DNA from: the human T2T-CHM13v2.0 reference genome, Homo sapiens | Length of the DNA: 64,000 nucleotides | Direction: 5' to 3' (one strand) | NCBI RefSeq assembly: GCF_009914755.1 | Contig: NC_060926.1 | In this document: positions 57,496-64,000 of the stretch, piece after piece | How positions within the stretch are numbered: the first letter of the stretch is position 1 | Layout: each line of letters starts with the position of its first letter | Notes under the pieces: generated by a model | The model's input: the letters and a program-made list of their open reading frames with translations, nothing else | Told to the model about the DNA's origin: nothing | The model's database searches: none | Program-made: the position numbers and the translations under genes

Positions 57496-59124
57496 GCAAA
57501 AAATTCTACAAATAATTGTCAAAGAAAAAACTCTAAAGTGTTTTGATAAATTTGTCATTTAAATCTTAGTATGAATGAAATTCACATCATTTTCTGAGCC
57601 AAGTTTTAACTGGAATTATGGGATATTACAGTCTGTCCAGACAGGAGGAGGTGAAGTCTTTGATTGCAGATAACATGTTGCCAATGAAATCCATAGTAAT
57701 ATTCCAGAGTAATTTTGTAGTTAATTCTGCTCTTTGACAGGGTTCCCAAAATTTATTGACAGAGTCCCATTTATGTAAAATGGCACAGAGCTCGGTTTGG
57801 GAAAAAAAGGCAGAGGGGATTTAGAATTCTATGTAAGTGTGTATTCTGTCACAAAACATAAGAGTTCAGTCATGTTGTATGGACACTGCTGGGGTTGAAA
57901 ATGTCATGGTTCTCCAGAAAGACTTGCTCCCTTAGACAAAAGAAGTTATTGGAGCTTCATCACCACCCCCGGCCCCAGCTGTTTGATAGAGTGATTTTCA
58001 CACATATGATGATCAACTGACTCTAATCTGTTCTTACATTTTGGCTGCTGTGATTACATTTCCTAAACAGGCAGCTTTCCATTTGGTAGCCAGATTGAGA
58101 GGAGTGTCTCCCTATCTTAAACACCCTCTGGATGATTAACCCGTCTTCATTTCCTCCCTCCAAAGCTCAGGGGAAATCTGAAGGACGCATGAGCCCTCAA
58201 AGCTTTTCCTTATTATGCCATGTCTTGCTACTCTTTTCCCACAACCTCGCTGCACGTGCTGCATATCAGGCAGATGTGCTCATTCTGCCGCCTGCTTATT
58301 TTCCTTGAAGTGATTTGCACAGCAGATGTTCCAGTAAGTGTTCTTTCCTTCGTCCCTTTACAATTCTGCTAAAAAAAAAATGCACTATACATGTGCTATT
58401 GACCTTCGGATTTTCAAAGAGAAAACTCTTCACAGCCTCCTCTCCACCTCAGTGGAAATTGCCTGATTTTCTCCCCTTGGCACAGATGTAAGTTATTAGG
58501 AGACTGTCTCCCATCAAGTTTTTTTTTTTTTTCAATGTTATTCTCTACTTCCAGGTGCATTTCTCCACAGCCTGATTGCTGCGTAGTTCTTTCATCATTT
58601 AAGATTTTGTTGCTTCTTCTAACCCAGTAGTACAGCTAACAGAACAGTTTTATCATACCTGTCTCTTTCATCCCAGAAATTTTGTGGGTCCTGCAGACTG
58701 ATCACCCAGCTATTTACAATGATATTACAAGGTCAGACGCCATCATAAAAGAAAAATGAAGCTTTAAATGAGCTTCTCTGTAAATTTTGTTAAAGTAAAA
58801 TCTTCAATGATGTGGTATAGATTATCATATGCATGCATTTTATAAACCTAATACACTGTTTTAATAATGTCAAATCCATTAAATATTAAGTTATTGAGAT
58901 GCATTTACTTGTTCATTCTACCAATATTTCATGAGCCCCTAATACATGGCAGCTTTGTGCTAGTCATGGAGGGCAGACACCATCATGTCTTATTCATCTG
59001 TGTCCGCAGAGCCTAACGCCTGGACCAACATTTGTAAATGTTCATTAAATGTTTGTGGAATGTCCTTAGAGGACCAATGCAGAAGCTAAAGAAAATAATC
59101 TCATATTGTCATTGAAGGGCAATA

Positions 59125-59375
59125 TATTATGGCGGTAAACATTATGACTTCCAGATTCAGACAAACCTGAGATTACATTCAGACTCTGACACTCAGTGGC
59201 TGCATACTCATGGGGGAAATTATTTAACATTTCTGAGCCTCAATTTTCTCATCTATTAATTTTTTGTAAGCTCAAATAGGACAGTGGGGCAATGTCTGTA
59301 AAATCTTTCTGATAGAACTTGTCATAGAGAGTGTCTGGCATATGTTTTAGCTATCAAGTGGTTAGTTTTATTATC
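59125..59375 (+). mobile_element. MIR
   Basis: agattcagacaaacctgag...aattatttaacatttctgagcctcaattttctcatct...gtgtctggcatatg. Confidence 0.7.
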
Positions 59376-59889
59376 ATTCTCTTGTCTGGCATGAGTTTAA
59401 AGTGCTGGGGGACAGAAGAGGCAGACTGCTCTAGCACAAGGAAGAAACAATTGCACATGCTTCCCAAGCAATGTAAAAATTCAGAAAACAACCCTCAGAA
59501 AACAATTACTCCTTGCAAAATGTGGGCGAAGTTTTTAAACTGAAGAATCAAAGAACATCAAAGATGTAACATTCATGTCAAGCATCCCTTATCTTAGGCA
59601 GGCGTGTGTTAATTAAGACACTGCGGAATAACCACCAACCAACCAAAGCCTTCACTCATATGGGTGTTCTCCTGTGCAATGCAACCTGGCCTTCGTTGAG
59701 GCCGTTTGCAGAAACCTCTATAACTGGCTGGGTTACTGTATTTAGGGTCAGGATTAGTATTGAGGTTGGGTTTCAGCCATGTTTTAATTAAATCTCTCAC
59801 CTCATAAGATATTGAGTAGAGACAAGCAGTGGCTACTCTTACTGTGAGGGCAGAGGTAGCCAATTAACTCAAGTGGACACATCAGACTC

Positions 59890-60066
59890 TCTTTCTGGAA
59901 TGTACCCAATCACCCAGCTAAACAATGAATAATGTTTTAGTGGTCCCCCATTTACCTCACATATTGCACAAAACACGTGTTTATTGTTTTTCCGAAGTTC
60001 AGATTTCACTGGGCATCCTATTTTTGTGTCTTTTTGTTTTGCTTTTTGCTAAAACCAGCAACCCTA
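59890..60066. mobile_element. Degenerate MER53-like palindromic MITE
   Basis: taaacaatgaataatgttttagt ... tttattgtttttccgaagttcagatttcactgggcatcct ... gcaacccta resembles the MER53 arms. Confidence 0.55.
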
Positions 60067-60111
60067 GATGAGAGGAATTTTAGGAATTTAGGCTTTTTCC
60101 TTCTAACCAAT

Positions 60112-60578
60112 TGATATGATTTGGAGGTTTATCCTCTTCAAATTGCATGTTGAAATGTGATTGTCATTGTCCTAGGTGGGACCTGGTGGGAGATGACTGG
60201 ATCATGGGAACAGATCCCTCATGAATGATTTAGTACCATCCCCTTAGTGATAAGTGAGTTCTCACTGTGAGTTCACATGCAATCTGGTTATTTAAAAGAG
60301 TGGGGCACTTCCTCCTCCTCTCTCTCTTGCTCCCCTCTTGTCATGTGATGCACCTGATCCCCCTTCACCTTCTGCCATGATTGGAAGCTTCCTGAGGTCC
60401 TCACCAGGAGCAGATGCTGGAGCCATGTTTGTACAGCCTGCAGGACCATAAGCCAATTAAACCTCTTTTCTTTCTAAATTACCCAGCCTCAGGTATTTAT
60501 TTATTTTTTTTTATTTTTTCTCAGAGATCCTTGTTCTGAAGGTATTTCTTTATAGCGATGTAGAAATGGCCTAACATG
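60112..60578 (+). mobile_element. MaLR solo LTR, MSTB-like, with a 41-bp internal insertion
   Basis: tgatatgatttgga...ttctgccatgattggaagcttcctgagg...gcagatgctggagccatg...aagccaattaaacctcttttcttt...aattacccagcctcaggtattt. TSD ccaat/tcaat. Confidence 0.9.
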
Positions 60579-60769
60579 TCAATGTAAAAGGCGTTGATAA
60601 ATTCCCTTTCAAGCCTTGTTTATTAGCAGAAAACAAGGACCTGGAGCAGTGTGGCCTGAAAAACCCCTCATGAAAGTTATTTGGTTCATTCGAAAATGTT
60701 AAAAAGAAAATTACTGAGATAACTCTGGTGCACACAAATGGTAGAACACTAGTGGGCATGCAAATAAAT

Positions 60770-60955
60770 GAGTTAATGTTTTAAACTGTATTATCTCCAT
60801 TAACCTTCAAAAAACCCTGTGAGATAAATAAAATTGTTATTCCTGTTTTATATATGAGAAAACTGAGGTAGGAATATTTTAAATCACTTGAATGAATGCC
60901 CCAGAGCTGACATTCAAGCTAAAGTTTTACTCTTTGCCATATATATGCATAACCA
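60770..60955 (-). mobile_element. MIR
   Basis: aaaaccctgtgagata...ttattcctgttttatatatgagaaaactgagg. Confidence 0.65.
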
Positions 60956-61965
60956 CCATGACATTGTCTTCAATTAGTATAACTTAAGTTATAAGAATCA
61001 TATTCAAAGACAAGAAATCACACCTCTTCTCTCTCATGTCAAAAAAGATGCTCGTCTGAGTTATCTAAGCTCATTAGCCAATACGAAACAGATGACAATA
61101 TATCCCGAATATTATAACAAACTTACTAGAAAATGCTCCAAATTGGCCTTCAATATGTCAGAAAACCTTTTATTTCCACAGGCAAATTAAAATTGTAACA
61201 TATGTTCAAATAACTCTTTACACGTATTTTTTCTTATACTGCCAATTTCCATGCAGAGGGCCCGTAATCCGTCTTGTTGGCACTGTATCTAATAGAACCA
61301 TTGTTGCTCCTCCAGTAGCAAGTGATCATTCTAACATCAAATCACATGTCTCCCTCATTTCTCAGGTTCCAGTGAATCAACAAGACACACATCATATGTA
61401 AATATCAGAGTGTTAGCCCTGTGCTTGAAGGAATTCTAAAATATGATTCTAGAAACCAAATCTAAGAGTTCATTTCAAAACTGCTCTCTTGAGGATATAG
61501 TATTCATTATTCTGATCATTTTTCTTATTTAAAAGTCCTCATATCCCCCTTTGACTTCTTTCTTTCTGGTATTTCAGTGCTGGATTTAGTGTGAGCTCCT
61601 GTCTAAGGGGTACATTCCTAATTCCTTTATTGTCAGAGATTCCTCCTTAATTTGAATAGACAACATCCCTGACTCAATATTCTTGCTCAGAAAAGATGCC
61701 AACGCTTTAGTGTCCCAGTGCTATTTCTGATTGGCCTTCCTCAAGCTGTGACCTTTAATCAAGTGCTTTTCTGAAAACTATGCCTATCCGGGGCTTTGGG
61801 AATTTGCTACTCCAAAGTCAGTGCAAGTATATTATTCTGATGTTATTTTTCTACTTTAGCGTATGCCTCTACTTTTTCTGGGTTCACATGGCAATCACTC
61901 ACCCTAAAAGGAAAAAAGGACTTTGAATTCTACACACAGTGCCACACACTGGTGCCTAGACCCTT

Positions 61966-62326
61966 GGTCTTAGTCCATTCAGGCTGCTCTAACACAATAT
62001 TGTATCCTGAGTAGCTCATAAACAACAGATATTTATTTTTCACAGTTCTTGAGACTGGAAAGCCCAAGATTAAGATGCCAACAGATTCAGTGTTAGGTGA
62101 AGGACTGCTTCCTCATAGACAGCTGTATTCTTACTCTAACCTCACGGGGGAGAAGCAGTGAGGAAGCTCTCTAGTATCTCTTTTAGAAGCCCACTATTCC
62201 CATATGAGGCTCCAGCCTCATGACTTAATCACTTTCCAAAATGTTCCACTTCTAATACCATCAGCTTGGGGGTCAGAATTTCAGCATATCAATTTTGGGA
62301 GAAGCAAACATCTTCAGACCATAGCA
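61966..62326 (-). mobile_element. MaLR solo LTR, MLT1A0-like
   Basis: tcttagtccattcaggctgctctaacac...ctggaaagcccaagattaagatgccaacagattcagtg...ctcatgacttaatcac...cagaccatagca. Confidence 0.87.
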
Positions 62327-62765
62327 CTCTCCAAGTCAAATCCTTCCACTGAAATTCTGCAGGTAATGGGACTCCATTCCTAGAAGTAAAGCCCTTCCTC
62401 CATCAGGGCTTTTCTTTCCATATAGGATTCTGCTTGTATGGGATCAGCTGCATTGCAGGTTGAGACCGTATCCTAAAATTAAATCCTCTTCCTGCCTAGA
62501 CAAGTTTCTATCTTCTAATTTATTCTGTTCCTTATGAGACTGTATCAGTAAGAAATGCAGTTGGTTGCAATAACAGTTTCAATTCTAAGAAAGCCTTTCT
62601 CAACCTTAAAACAAATCTCATTTTCATCAAAGCAAGGCCCTTTTAGGAACCTGTAGGATACTTCTCAAGGGAAGTGCCATATCAGCAGATTGAAATGTTA
62701 CTACCACTTGTTCAGGCAGAGCTTAGCCCCCCATTTCCCAGTCCGTTGCCCATATTCTTGATCTG

Positions 62766-62841
62766 CTGAGCCAGGAAGACCACACTTCATTACACATATT
62801 TTATTGCAAGCTGAGCCATGAAGACCACATTTTATTACAAC
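62766..62841. repeat. Short imperfect tandem duplication (~45-bp period)
   Basis: gctgagccaggaagaccacacttcattaca... then gctgagccatgaagaccacattttattacaa. Confidence 0.75.
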
Positions 62842-63149
62842 TGAAGCAGAAAATATAATTAATTATAATATTATGATGTTATACTTTAATACTATTAATG
62901 TCAAACTATGGAATCAGGGCATCTTGAAAAAGTATTGTGGAATAAGAAGAATTTTTGATATTTTTTGGTAAAAATGATAGATGAAACTCTCAGATCAACT
63001 TTTAGTCCCTCCTGAAACCCAAGATAATATCATTAAAGGATTATTTTTTAAAGGCATAATCTCATAAAGAAAAAAGAAGGGAATTAACAGTAACATTTTA
63101 AATCTAAAAGTAAAGAGGTGAATTGTAACTGACTTATCATATAGAACCA

Positions 63150-64000
63150 AAGTGGAAAAAGCTGAGAAATTATAGAACACCTCTGAAATTATCAGCAGCA
63201 GGTCTTCAAGAAGTCAGGGTAAAGATAACGCTAAAAACAGAAGGGTTCCAATCTAGAGCAAAACCAGAACAAGATATGAGAGCAGGTAATGGAAATTGGG
63301 TATTATAAATATGGAGTACCCTGACAAGAAAAAATTCTTACCCCAACTTTGTGCAGCTGGGGACTGCCCCTTCCTATCCCAGGCAGAGCACACTAGAGAA
63401 TGATTTAGAAAGTACAATTGATACAGGTATAGGTACATCAAAGCAGGGAATTAAATGAGCATATGCCACATGGTGAGACAACCAGCCCTCTTGTACTACC
63501 ACTTCCGTGATATTCTGAGCCAGGTCTACACCCTTCTGGTGGAATATTGAAAATGTCCTCTCTGTGGAATCTGACTGGCTCCAGAAGAAAGACCTAAGGA
63601 AATTGATATCAGAGAGGCCTTAATTAAACAGCCGAAAGAGATGATCTTTCAAAGAAACTCACATCCCAACCCATATCTATAAAGCTGCAATGAGCTTTCT
63701 AAACAGAAACAAAACGACCGAGTATTTGCAAGCCTAAGAGGACAACCTCTAACATGAAACTTAGAGGCTGGCACAGACAAAAAGGCAGTAGAAAATTGGA
63801 GCAAACCATGAAAAGGATAAATAATTTCTAAGTATATTCTGATATGAATGTATATTTTTAGATACATACAAAATACATCTCTATCTCTATATATCTATAT
63901 ATAATACATACTTTCTATGTATCTATCATCTATCGATATAACTAAATGTATAGAATGTTTTTATAAAACATTCTTAATATTTAAATATTTTAAATAAAAT
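63150..64000 (+). mobile_element. Probable very old L1 5' region (L1ME/L1M5-like) with a low-complexity TA-rich patch
   Basis: A-rich sense tract (agaaagacctaaggaaattgatatcagagag...gacaacctctaacatgaaa...aaaacattcttaatatttaaa). Confidence 0.4.

Noticed and set aside
59890-60066. MER53-derived miRNA hairpin (miR-1302-like)
   Set aside because: The arms are too decayed and deleted to form the long stem.

Overview
AT-rich, repeat-dense primate genomic DNA, almost certainly human (a near-consensus AluYa5 plus L1PA2/L1PA3 copies). I recognise no host protein-coding gene, tRNA/rRNA, CRISPR or prokaryotic feature. Nearly all long ORFs in the track come from LINE-1 or Alu, or are chance. The window is dominated by a full-length but dead L1PA3-type element (21192-27231, minus, 17-bp TSD) next to a ~6 kb older L1MC-type element. 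It also holds several other L1 remnants, five Alus, solo LTRs (PABL-like, LTR12F-like, MST, MLT1, LTR33/LTR16-like) and MIR/L2/DNA-transposon relics. Subfamily names come from recalled consensus diagnostics and need RepeatMasker/Dfam confirmation; boundaries of old repeats are approximate. I found no convincing new biological system. The best leads are a unique, splice-flanked 364-bp open frame / conserved-element candidate at ~41.0-41.5 kb, a candidate + strand exon/enhancer cluster at ~58.1-58.7 kb downstream of an LTR12F-like promoter, a local duplication of an L1 deletion junction, a TSD-less L1PA2, an orphan poly(A) micro-insertion and a U6 fragment.
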